Shown one piece after another: positions 1 to 7,131 of a stretch of 64,000 nt of DNA. This DNA is from Bacteroidia bacterium. GTDB lineage: Bacteria; Bacteroidota; Bacteroidia; Cytophagales; Cyclobacteriaceae. Made by a program: the position numbers and the translations under genes. The notes under the pieces were generated by a model that was given only the letters and a program-made list of their open reading frames with translations, was not told the origin of the DNA and ran no database searches. Location of the stretch: contig JAUIAO010000027.1 in NCBI GenBank assembly GCA_030425425.1, positions 722-64,721 of the forward strand, written 5' to 3'. Position 1 is the stretch's first letter. Every line of letters begins with the position of its first letter.

Positions 1-14
1 TGAGCCTCCCGCGA

Positions 15-182
15 TCACCAAAAAGGCTCTAAATATCAACTTTTTACTCAAGATAAGCACCTCAGAGCACCAAAGTATCACCTAAAAGGCTCGGCACTGC
101 ACCTCTGAACTGGAAAGAAGGAGTAAAAAGGTGCAAACAAGCACCTCTGAAGTGGGTAGGGGTACTTCTGAAGTGGGTAGTT
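15..182. repeat. Degenerate 21-bp-period tandem array with imperfect palindromic cores (CACYTCWGARGTG-like)
   Basis: GCACCTC/GTACTTC at 57, 99, 141, 162 (spacings 42, 42, 21); ATCACCWAAAAGGCTC at 14 and 77 (spacing 63); CTGAAGTGGGTAG in units 7 and 8. Confidence 0.6.
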
Positions 183-192
183 GGATCAAATT

Positions 193-241
193 AAACCTTC
201 CAAAAGTTTTAGCGATGCGGACAATAACTTTTGGAAGGTTT
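193..241. repeat. REPIN-like element, family A, copy 1
   Basis: Perfect 16-bp inverted repeat AAACCTTCCAAAAGTT (193-208) / AACTTTTGGAAGGTTT (226-241) with a 17-nt spacer, ending 6 bp from the RAYT stop. Confidence 0.85.
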
Positions 242-247
242 GACTAC

Positions 248-853
248 TTAATAATCTATCAGTACAGACACATCATCAGGCAGTATTTCTGACTGATGGT
301 ATTTTTCAAATGCCTCTTTGCCACCAAGCCATGACAATACTTCCTCTCTCTGTAATCGGGTGCGTTTTATATTAAAAAATGCGTCATAAGAACTATATGG
401 CCACTCTTCGGGTCGATCTCGGAATCCATGATGAACAGGGTTTTGATGGATATAATTGATGACCGATTTTAAATAGTCTGGGTTATCAATTTCTTTTTTC
501 TTGAAGTTGGGGATGAAGAGGCTGCCACGGCGATTGTAGAGTTTGTTGTATGCCTGTGCGTAACTGCTAAATAGATTGGAAAATTGCTTGCTAACAACCT
601 TTTGGAAAGTTCCAAACTTTCCAAAAGGTAAATCTTCCGCAAACTTCAAATTCGAAGTAACATCCGTTGCAGTCTTCGTTTTTATAAGAAAATGAATATG
701 ATTAGGCATCAGGCAGTATGCATACGTATTCGCAACCGGCTCGATATATTTCGTCCATTTCTCCAAAAAGAAGTAATAATTCTTCTCTTCGCGAAAGAGG
801 TTTTCATCGCCATTGGCGTGATTGAAGACATGATAAAAGGTATCTGGCAGCAT
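248..853 (-). CDS. REP-associated tyrosine transposase (RAYT; IS200/Y1_Tnp HUH family)
   Basis: FYHVFNH N-terminus, YCLMPNHIHFL HUH motif, GSLF motif, YIHQNPV and W.YSSY C-terminal motifs; flanked by REP-like repeats. ATG at 853 preferred because the ORF-track start lies inside a hairpin. Confidence 0.9.
   Translation of the reverse strand: MLPDTFYHVFNHANGDENLFREEKNYYFFLEKWTKYIEPVANTYAYCLMPNHIHFLIKTKTATDVTSNLKFAEDLPFGKFGTFQKVVSKQFSNLFSSYAQAYNKLYNRRGSLFIPNFKKKEIDNPDYLKSVINYIHQNPVHHGFRDRPEEWPYSSYDAFFNIKRTRLQREEVLSWLGGKEAFEKYHQSEILPDDVSVLIDY
597..629. repeat. REP-like palindrome inside the RAYT coding sequence
   Basis: ACCTTTTGGAAAGTT-CCA-AACTTTCCAAAAGGT; each arm is 13/15 identical to the family-A arms; encodes LPFGKFGTFQKV in frame. 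Confidence 0.75.
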
Positions 854-871
854 GACAGTTAATTTTAATCC

Positions 872-895
872 CATCAAAAGTTACAACTTTTGATG
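872..895. repeat. Short-loop REP-like hairpin upstream of RAYT
   Basis: CATCAAAAGTT-AC-AACTTTTGATG, an 11-bp IR sharing the CAAAAGTT/AACTTTTG core of family A. Confidence 0.7.
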
Positions 896-947
896 AGCAC
901 TTTTTCCCTTTCTTCCTAACTTCAGGCGTTAATTCCTAAATACAGCA

Positions 948-1127
948 ATGGCAAACAGTAATCTACAAAAGGCGAAGAAGGCCAAGAACGATGAGTTCTA
1001 CACCCAATACCAAGACATAGAGAAAGAAATCAACGCCTAGCTGGACTATAACCCCGATGTATTCAAGGACAAAACCATCCTGCTGCCATGTGACGACCCG
1101 GAGTGGAGCAACTTCACCAAGTTTTAT
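948..1127 (+). pseudogene. 5' remnant of an EcoRI-family adenine methyltransferase
   Basis: Translates MANSNLQKAKKAKNDEFYTQYQDIEKEINA*LDYNPDVFKDKTILLPCDDPEWSNFTKFY, matching the M.EcoRI-type N-terminus (KAK..K.DEFYTQY.DIE ... CDDP..SNF.K.F); in-frame TAG at 1038-1040; truncated. Confidence 0.85.
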
Positions 1128-1158
1128 CCTTCACGGTATAAAATTTTAGACTTATAAT

Positions 1159-1899
1159 ATGAATACCGAAGAGTTAAATTCCCTTTTTCAATCAGGGCTG
1201 GCAAATGATTTATTCATGTCCCAAATCCATTATTTCGTTTTTCGTACTTTGGGAGAAAATCATGAAAGAATTAATACACTAGATGATAAAGAGCAAAAAC
1301 AACATTTGATTTATTTACAGTTTTCATCTCATGATTTATCAATTCAATATCTAGCCAGAGTGTTTGATAAAAGAATGAAATATGAGACTTCTTCATTGGC
1401 GTTGATTCTAGAAAAATGCCGAGAGATAAAACTGAAAGATTTCCTGTTAATCCTTGAGTATGAACATCTGAACAATGATCTGCAACCTTACCCTGCAATA
1501 AATCATTTGGAAGAAGTTTCGGGAATAAAAATTGGAGTAAAAGAAATCGGGAAGCCGGAGATATTATTTGATTGGATAAAATCAATTCTCGAGACTGAAA
1601 AGATTAATAATGCCATAATTCAGTTGAAAACTGTAAGAGATAAGTTTATAGCTCACAATGAATTGAATAGTGGAATAGAAGCTTTAGATGATTTTTGGTC
1701 TGGATATGCACTTTTAATAAAGATAGGTAGGTTAATGACCAGCCTTTTGAGTGAAATTTTCACTGATACAATATACGATCACTCAGTAACTATTCGTCCC
1801 GATGAAATTAATATGAATGTTTTGTTAGAAGTTAATTGGTTAATCGAGTATTTGGAGAAAATTCTTGGCAGAGATTCGGTAACTGCATGGTGGGAATAG
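1159..1899 (+). CDS. HEPN-domain protein (AbiU2-like), putative RNase or defence effector
   Basis: LARVFD...SL.LIL and RDKFIAH (Rx4-6H) motifs; helical character; AT-rich coding sequence. Confidence 0.65.
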   Translation: MNTEELNSLFQSGLANDLFMSQIHYFVFRTLGENHERINTLDDKEQKQHLIYLQFSSHDLSIQYLARVFDKRMKYETSSLALILEKCREIKLKDFLLILEYEHLNNDLQPYPAINHLEEVSGIKIGVKEIGKPEILFDWIKSILETEKINNAIIQLKTVRDKFIAHNELNSGIEALDDFWSGYALLIKIGRLMTSLLSEIFTDTIYDHSVTIRPDEINMNVLLEVNWLIEYLEKILGRDSVTAWWE

Positions 1900-1964
1900 T
1901 AACCTGAAGCTCTGCAAAACCCACAACCGGGCGAAAGGGAATAAGTAAGGAATTATTCTACAAG

Positions 1965-2011
1965 AACCTTCCAAAAGTTTTAGCGATGCGGACAGTAACT
2001 TTTGGAAGGTT
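1965..2011. repeat. REPIN-like element, family A, copy 2
   Basis: AACCTTCCAAAAGTT-TTAGCGATGCGGACAGT-AACTTTTGGAAGGTT; 46/47 identical to 194-240, same orientation. Confidence 0.85.
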
Positions 2012-2022
2012 GGAGGATTATC

Positions 2023-2087
2023 AAAAAAATATGAGCCGGTACCCTTCATCCGAAGGCCACCGACTAGCGGTCTTACAACCGCTGATA
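2023..2087 (-). ncRNA. Candidate ~60-nt two-hairpin small RNA
   Basis: Minus strand: TAGATTTG promoter (2088-2095), AGCGGT-tgtaag-ACCGCT hairpin, AGTCGGT-gg-CCTTC-ggat-GAAGG-gt-ACCGGCT hairpin, then a T7 tract. Confidence 0.45.
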
Positions 2088-2127
2088 CAAATCTACTAAT
2101 AATGAAGCCCCCATACCTTGCATCAGC

Positions 2128-2174
2128 AAACCTCCAAGGTTTCTTTCGTAGCGCAGTTTAAACCTTGGAGGTTT
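2128..2174. repeat. REPIN-like element, family B
   Basis: AAACCTCCAAGGTTT-17 nt-AAACCTTGGAGGTTT, a perfect 15-bp IR. Confidence 0.8.
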
Positions 2175-2380
2175 AGTTCAGCAAATTACAGCAACAGCAG
2201 ATTATCTTGGATCAGTTTTACACTAAAGAGGGGAATACTCCCATGGAAGAACCATTCCCCTGAAGTCTCGATTGACTGACACAAAAATACTGAAAATATG
2301 TGGGGAGAAATCCCCGCGTGTGCCTAGTGGGAATTAAACTTATGATCGTGCCAGGCATTTTATTTTTATCAAGCTTCAAA

Positions 2381-2445
2381 AACCTTCCGAAAGTTTTATC
2401 AAGACGGACAGTAACTTTTGGAAGGTTGATAAACCTTGGAGGTTT
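2381..2445. repeat. REPIN family A copy 3 plus a family-B half site
   Basis: AACCTTCCGAAAGTT-17 nt-AACTTTTGGAAGGTT (2381-2427), then AAACCTTGGAGGTTT (2431-2445). Confidence 0.8.
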
Positions 2446-2477
2446 TATTGATTAGCACTTTCCATACCTTTGATCCC

Positions 2478-3746
2478 ATGTTCCAGGACAATTCCCCATT
2501 AGCTGAGCGCATGCGCCCTACTACGCTTGATGATTTGATCGGTCAGGATCATTTAGTAGGTGACAAAGCCGTACTGAGAAGAACCATCTCTGCTGGCCGG
2601 GTGCCTTCTATGATTCTCTGGGGACCACCGGGAACTGGCAAGACTACCCTGGCAAACATTATCGCCAATCAGGTGAAAATGCCGTTTCACACCCTGAGTG
2701 CGATTAGCTCTGGCGTGAAAGAAGTCAGGGAAGTCATAGGAAACATCAGAGCTGGGAGCAAGGCTATTCTTTTTATAGATGAGATTCACAGGTTCAACAA
2801 AGGCCAGCAGGATGCACTACTTGGTGCCGTGGAGAAAGGTACTATCACACTCATAGGAGCGACTACAGAAAACCCAAGTTTTGAAGTCAACGCCGCATTG
2901 CTTTCGAGATGTCAGGTATATACGCTCAGGCATTTGGAGAAAGCGGATTTGAGGCAAATTGTGGATAAGGCGCTGGCTGAAGACCATGAGATGAAAAAGC
3001 TCAAGGTGGAGATTCAGGAAACTGAGGCATTATTCAATCTATCCGGTGGAGATGCCCGAAAGCTTCTCAATACGCTGGAATTGGTGATTAAAAGTCAGGA
3101 AGGTGAAGAAGTATTCATCACGGATGATCAGGTGATAGAAGTGGTACAGCGCAAGACGGTGCTGTATGATAAGAAAGGGGAGATGCATTATGACATCATT
3201 TCGGCATTTATCAAATCTATCCGAGGAAGCGACCCCAATGCAGCGGTTTATTATCTCGCCAGGATGATCGAAGGAGGCGAAGATGTGAAGTTCATCGCGC
3301 GGAGATTGGTGATTCTGGCATCAGAAGATATCGGGAATGCCAACCCCACAGCTCTGGTGATGGCCAATGCCACTTTCCAGTCTGTGAATGTAATCGGCTA
3401 TCCGGAATCGAGGATCATTTTATCACAATGTGTGACTTATCTGGCGAGCTCACCAAAAAGCAATGCCAGCTATATGGCGATCAATCAGGCACAGCGACTT
3501 GTACAGCAAACAGGTGACCTGCCCGTGCCGATGGCTGTAAGAAATGCTCCCACCAAGCTCATGAAAGATCAGGGTTATGGTCAAGGGTATAAATACGCTC
3601 ATGACTATCCTGGCAACTTTGCGGATATGGAGTTTCTACCGAAAGAGCTGGAAGGCAAAAAGCTTTATGATCCGGGTAAAAATCCACGCGAGGAGGAATT
3701 AAGAAAGTTTCTCAGAAATCGATGGAAAGAGAAGTATGGGTATTGA
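2478..3746 (+). CDS. rarA: Replication-associated recombination protein A (MgsA/RarA AAA+ ATPase)
   Basis: PLAERMRP start, GPPGTGKTT Walker [30 protein letters not shown]; the ORF-track start lies in a REP, so ATG 2478 is used. Confidence 0.95.
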   Translation: MFQDNSPLAERMRPTTLDDLIGQDHLVGDKAVLRRTISAGRVPSMILWGPPGTGKTTLANIIANQVKMPFHTLSAISSGVKEVREVIGNIRAGSKAILFIDEIHRFNKGQQDALLGAVEKGTITLIGATTENPSFEVNAALLSRCQVYTLRHLEKADLRQIVDKALAEDHEMKKLKVEIQETEALFNLSGGDARKLLNTLELVIKSQEGEEVFITDDQVIEVVQRKTVLYDKKGEMHYDIISAFIKSIRGSDPNAAVYYLARMIEGGEDVKFIARRLVILASEDIGNANPTALVMANATFQSVNVIGYPESRIILSQCVTYLASSPKSNASYMAINQAQRLVQQTGDLPVPMAVRNAPTKLMKDQGYGQGYKYAHDYPGNFADMEFLPKELEGKKLYDPGKNPREEELRKFLRNRWKEKYGY

Positions 3747-3793
3747 TGCTTGATGTCTGATGTAGGATGATTGTTTAATTTGCATTTTATAAT

Positions 3794-3845
3794 TAACCCA
3801 ATAACCCAATAACCCAATAACCCAATAACCCAATAACCCAATAAC
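3794..3845. repeat. Octamer tandem repeat (TAACCCAA)6 + TAAC
   Basis: Six perfect units read directly in the rarA-hutI spacer; preceded by degenerate TGATGYN heptamers at 3744-3771. Confidence 0.95.
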
Positions 3846-3870
3846 TAATTTCCAATTGAAAAACACCCCT

Positions 3871-5085
3871 ATGCCCCAACTCATTGGTCCATTCAAACAA
3901 CTCGTTTCACTTACTGAATTACCTATAAAAGGTGCGCTTTCTGATGAGCAGCTGACCATTATCGAAAATGCGGCGGTATCGATACACCAAGGTAAAATCG
4001 AAAAAATCGCCCCGTTAAAATCATTCAATACAGCAGATTTTGAATTAATAGAAATCGAAGAAGAGCTGGTGCTGACTCCCGGTTTGATCGATGCACATAC
4101 GCACATGGCGTGGGGAGGCAACCGTTCGCGGGATTATGCGATGAGAATGGCTGGCAAAACCTACCAGGAAATACTGGCGGCAGGTGGAGGAATTTTTGAT
4201 TCTGTGGCAAAAACACAGCAGGAATCCTCAGAACAGCTCTTGCAGGATTTATTGACTCGGGTCAATAGGCAATTAACAGATGGAGTGACCACTATGGAAG
4301 TAAAGACAGGCTATGGCTTGCTTCCAGAGCAAGAAATCAGGTTGTTGGAAATCATCAATCAAGCAAACTTAGAGACTACCGCAGAGCTTGTTCCTACCTG
4401 TCTTGCGGCACATGTTTGCCCTTCGGGTTTTGAGAAAAAAGATTTTTTGGAGCTAATTGAAAAGGAACTTTTACCAGTAGTGAAAGGTAAGGAATTGGCA
4501 CATCGGGTGGATATTTTTGTGGAGGACAATGCTTTCCCAGTTGATCTGGCTAAACCTTATCTTCTGGCTGCAAAAAACATCGGATTTGATATCACTATTC
4601 ATGCTGATCAGTTTACTACAGGAGGAAGTGAGCTCGCGATACAAATAGGAGCAATAAGTGCCGACCATTTGGAGGCTTCATCATCTACAGAAATATCAAT
4701 GCTTGCCGAATCGGAGGTGGTTCCGATTGCATTACCGGGGGCCTCACTGGGGTTGGGTATGCAGTTTACTCCTGCCCGGAGGCTATTGGATGCTGGAGCT
4801 AGCCTGGCTATTGCCACTGACTGGAATCCCGGGTCCGCCCCAATGGGAGATCTGCTAGTTCAGGCAAGTTTGCTGGGTATTTATGAGAAACTAAGCTCTG
4901 CGGAACTACTCGCCGGAATGACTTTTCGTGCTGCAAACGCACTTGGTTTACCGGATCGGGGAAGATTGGCAATCGGGGAGCGAGCAGACATGATCGCCTT
5001 TCCGGTCACTGATTATCGGGATATTTTTTATAATCAGGGGAAAGTAAAGCCGTCTAGAGTTTGGGTGAAAGGACAGGAACAATGA
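3871..5085 (+). CDS. hutI: Imidazolonepropionase
   Basis: PGLIDAHTH, GVTTMEVKTGYGL, HADQF, SADHLE, ATDWNPGS amidohydrolase motifs. Confidence 0.95.
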   Translation: MPQLIGPFKQLVSLTELPIKGALSDEQLTIIENAAVSIHQGKIEKIAPLKSFNTADFELIEIEEELVLTPGLIDAHTHMAWGGNRSRDYAMRMAGKTYQEILAAGGGIFDSVAKTQQESSEQLLQDLLTRVNRQLTDGVTTMEVKTGYGLLPEQEIRLLEIINQANLETTAELVPTCLAAHVCPSGFEKKDFLELIEKELLPVVKGKELAHRVDIFVEDNAFPVDLAKPYLLAAKNIGFDITIHADQFTTGGSELAIQIGAISADHLEASSSTEISMLAESEVVPIALPGASLGLGMQFTPARRLLDAGASLAIATDWNPGSAPMGDLLVQASLLGIYEKLSSAELLAGMTFRAANALGLPDRGRLAIGERADMIAFPVTDYRDIFYNQGKVKPSRVWVKGQEQ

Positions 5086-6068
5086 GCTATCGAATAACAC
5101 AAAAACAAAACGTTTGGAGTGGAAGAGTCGATCCATCGGGTGATAAAAACACTCTTTATTGGCATCAGGTTGTCCAATTGGTTTCGTTGGATGATTTACC
5201 CGCCGCTCAGGGGGAACAGATTGCATTTTTGGGGTACAAGTCCGACGAAGGAGTAAGGAGAAACAAGGGAAGAGTTGGTGCAAAAGATGGGCCGGATGAG
5301 ATTCGAAAATCCATGGCAAAGTTTGCAGTACATTTCGATTCTGAATCGATTGAGCTTGTGGATGTCGGTAACATTACCACAGATGGAGAAGATCTTGAAT
5401 CTTCACAATCAGAATTGGCTGAGGCTATCAATTCATTACTTCAGAAAGGTTACCGGTCAATCCTTTTGGGAGGAGGGCATGAAATTGCCTACGGCCACTA
5501 CACTGGTATCAGAAAATATGTCGGTGATCAAGTATTAGGCATTATCAATCTTGACGCGCATTTTGATTTGAGAGCATATCCGGATGGTCCGCATTCCGGA
5601 TCTCCTTTCAGACAGGTGCTGGATGATTGTTTGAAATCGGGTGATGAATTTCACTATTTACCAATTGGAATTAGCCAGTCTGGGAATCAGAAAGTTTTAT
5701 TTGAAGTACATCACCAGGCAGGTCAGCAATACATAGATGAGCGAGCTATTGATTCAAATCATCTCGAACCAGTATTTGAGCAGATTCAATTATTTGCCGA
5801 TCAATTGGATCATATATATCTCACGCTTGATCTGGATGTAATCTCTGCAGCTCATGCTCCGGGTGTAAGTGCACCAGCTGCATTTGGATTGGAGCCAGTT
5901 ATCGTTCGTCAGCTGATCAGAAAAGTCTTTGATACTGGCAAAGTCATAAGCTTCGACATAGCCGAACTCAACCCAAAATATGATGATGGTCGCACGGCAA
6001 AACTCGCAGCTTCATTTATCTATGATGTGATGATGAGTTGTTACAAACATCATTCGATCAGAAATTAA
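5082..6068 (+). CDS. hutG: Formimidoylglutamase (arginase family)
   Basis: WSGRVD, GVRRNKGR.GA, LGGGHE, INLDAHFDLR, DLDV...APGVSAP, DIAELNP; ATGA overlap with hutI. Confidence 0.93.
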   Translation: MSYRITQKQNVWSGRVDPSGDKNTLYWHQVVQLVSLDDLPAAQGEQIAFLGYKSDEGVRRNKGRVGAKDGPDEIRKSMAKFAVHFDSESIELVDVGNITTDGEDLESSQSELAEAINSLLQKGYRSILLGGGHEIAYGHYTGIRKYVGDQVLGIINLDAHFDLRAYPDGPHSGSPFRQVLDDCLKSGDEFHYLPIGISQSGNQKVLFEVHHQAGQQYIDERAIDSNHLEPVFEQIQLFADQLDHIYLTLDLDVISAAHAPGVSAPAAFGLEPVIVRQLIRKVFDTGKVISFDIAELNPKYDDGRTAKLAASFIYDVMMSCYKHHSIRN

Positions 6069-6169
6069 GGTTTTGTAATTCTCTATTTGAGGTCAATCGA
6101 CAATGGTCTAAAAACCACCACCCGATTAGGTCGGACACATCTGTAAAACGAAAGCTGTATTAGAAATCG

Positions 6170-6544
6170 TTAAGAATTCTTTTGTTCACATCTCTTAATG
6201 CACGCATCTAAGGCAGTCTTAATCGTATGTGGGTATTTGATGGGTTTTTCGATAAAGTCAACTACCTCGAAACCAGATGATTCAAATTTATAATAGGGAT
6301 TTCCTGAAATAACCAGAGTGACGGGTTCCCAATCAACCTCATCCAAAATTTCCAGACCTTCATCACCGCCGAGAAGCATGTCTAATAATAGAATATCTGG
6401 TTTGTGCTTGGTGATTTCGGCTTTTGCAGCATCTGGATTGTCCACGACCGCCAGCAATTCCAGGTTTTCATTGGACTCTACAAAAGAAGAAACAATGGCC
6501 TGATAGCTTGGATCGTCTTCAACAATGATTACGGAATATTTCAT
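6170..6544 (-). CDS. Stand-alone response-regulator receiver domain
   Basis: IVEDD, LLLDM phospho-acceptor, FIEKP; no output domain; ATG 6544 preferred. Confidence 0.8.
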   Translation of the reverse strand: MKYSVIIVEDDPSYQAIVSSFVESNENLELLAVVDNPDAAKAEITKHKPDILLLDMLLGGDEGLEILDEVDWEPVTLVISGNPYYKFESSGFEVVDFIEKPIKYPHTIKTALDACIKRCEQKNS

Positions 6545-6658
6545 TAATCTGGTTTTTTTTGGGATCATGCTAAGATAATGAGTTCAGGATAAAAAAGAAG
6601 AAGTGATCCCTTTGTTCGCTTCTGATAAATATAGTTCAGATTGAAACTGAAATATTTA

Positions 6659-6710
6659 TAACTCAATAACTCAATAACTCAATAACTCAATAACTCAATA
6701 ACTCAATAAC
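6659..6710. repeat. Octamer tandem repeat (TAACTCAA)6 + TAAC
   Basis: Six perfect units; the last unit overlaps the stop and final codons of the Rid gene. Confidence 0.95.
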
Positions 6711-7083
6711 TTTTAATGGCAGTAGCTTCAATCTCAATCAAGAATTTTGGGTCTATCAATTTGCGAACTTCTACCATGGAGGTGGCTGGATTGATGTCTT
6801 TAAAGTACTCCCCATGAGCTCTCCCAAATTCTTCCCAAAGTGATATGTCAGTGACATACATTCTGGTCCGAACTACATCTTCTAGCGTGGCTCCACATTT
6901 ATTTAGTGTTTCCTTTATTACTTCAAGACAGCAGATGGCTTGCTCATAAGCAGATCCATATACCGGCTGCCCATTTTTTACTGGTGCCGATCCTGATATT
7001 TCAATCGTATTTCCAATCTGTACAGCCCGGCTGTATCCTACTGTGTCTTCCCAGGGTGCGCCTGATGAGATGTTATTACGCAT
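6703..7083 (-). CDS. RidA/YjgF/UK114 family protein
   Basis: GAPWEDTVGYSRAV, VVRTRMYVTDI, LIEIEATA. Confidence 0.92.
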   Translation of the reverse strand: MRNNISSGAPWEDTVGYSRAVQIGNTIEISGSAPVKNGQPVYGSAYEQAICCLEVIKETLNKCGATLEDVVRTRMYVTDISLWEEFGRAHGEYFKDINPATSMVEVRKLIDPKFLIEIEATAIKSY

Positions 7084-7131
7084 GTGTCTCTTTTTTTAGG
7101 TAATTTGAATGATCAACCAATAAGCCAACCT

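Noticed and set aside
2180-2360. Hairpins (AGGGGAAT/ATTCCCCT; GGGGA-gaa-ATCCCC) as a riboswitch upstream of rarA, or a gene remnant
   Set aside because: No recognisable SAM, cobalamin, TPP or FMN core, and the frames are interrupted with no convincing homology.
193-2445. Repeat-spacer-repeat units as a CRISPR array
   Set aside because: The arms are inverted, not direct. The 17-nt spacers are near-identical, the units are dispersed, and no cas genes are present.
2436-2477. ORF-track N-terminal extension of rarA
   Set aside because: It begins inside a REP half-site; homology starts at ATG 2478.
3794-3845. Telomere-like repeat (contains TAACCC)
   Set aside because: The unit is 8 nt, it is internal in a bacterial intergenic spacer, and the sibling array lacks the motif.
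3699-4121. 140-aa antisense ORF with VIGLLGYW repeats
   Set aside because: The peptide repeat is only a translation of the octamer array, and the ORF overlaps rarA and hutI antisense.
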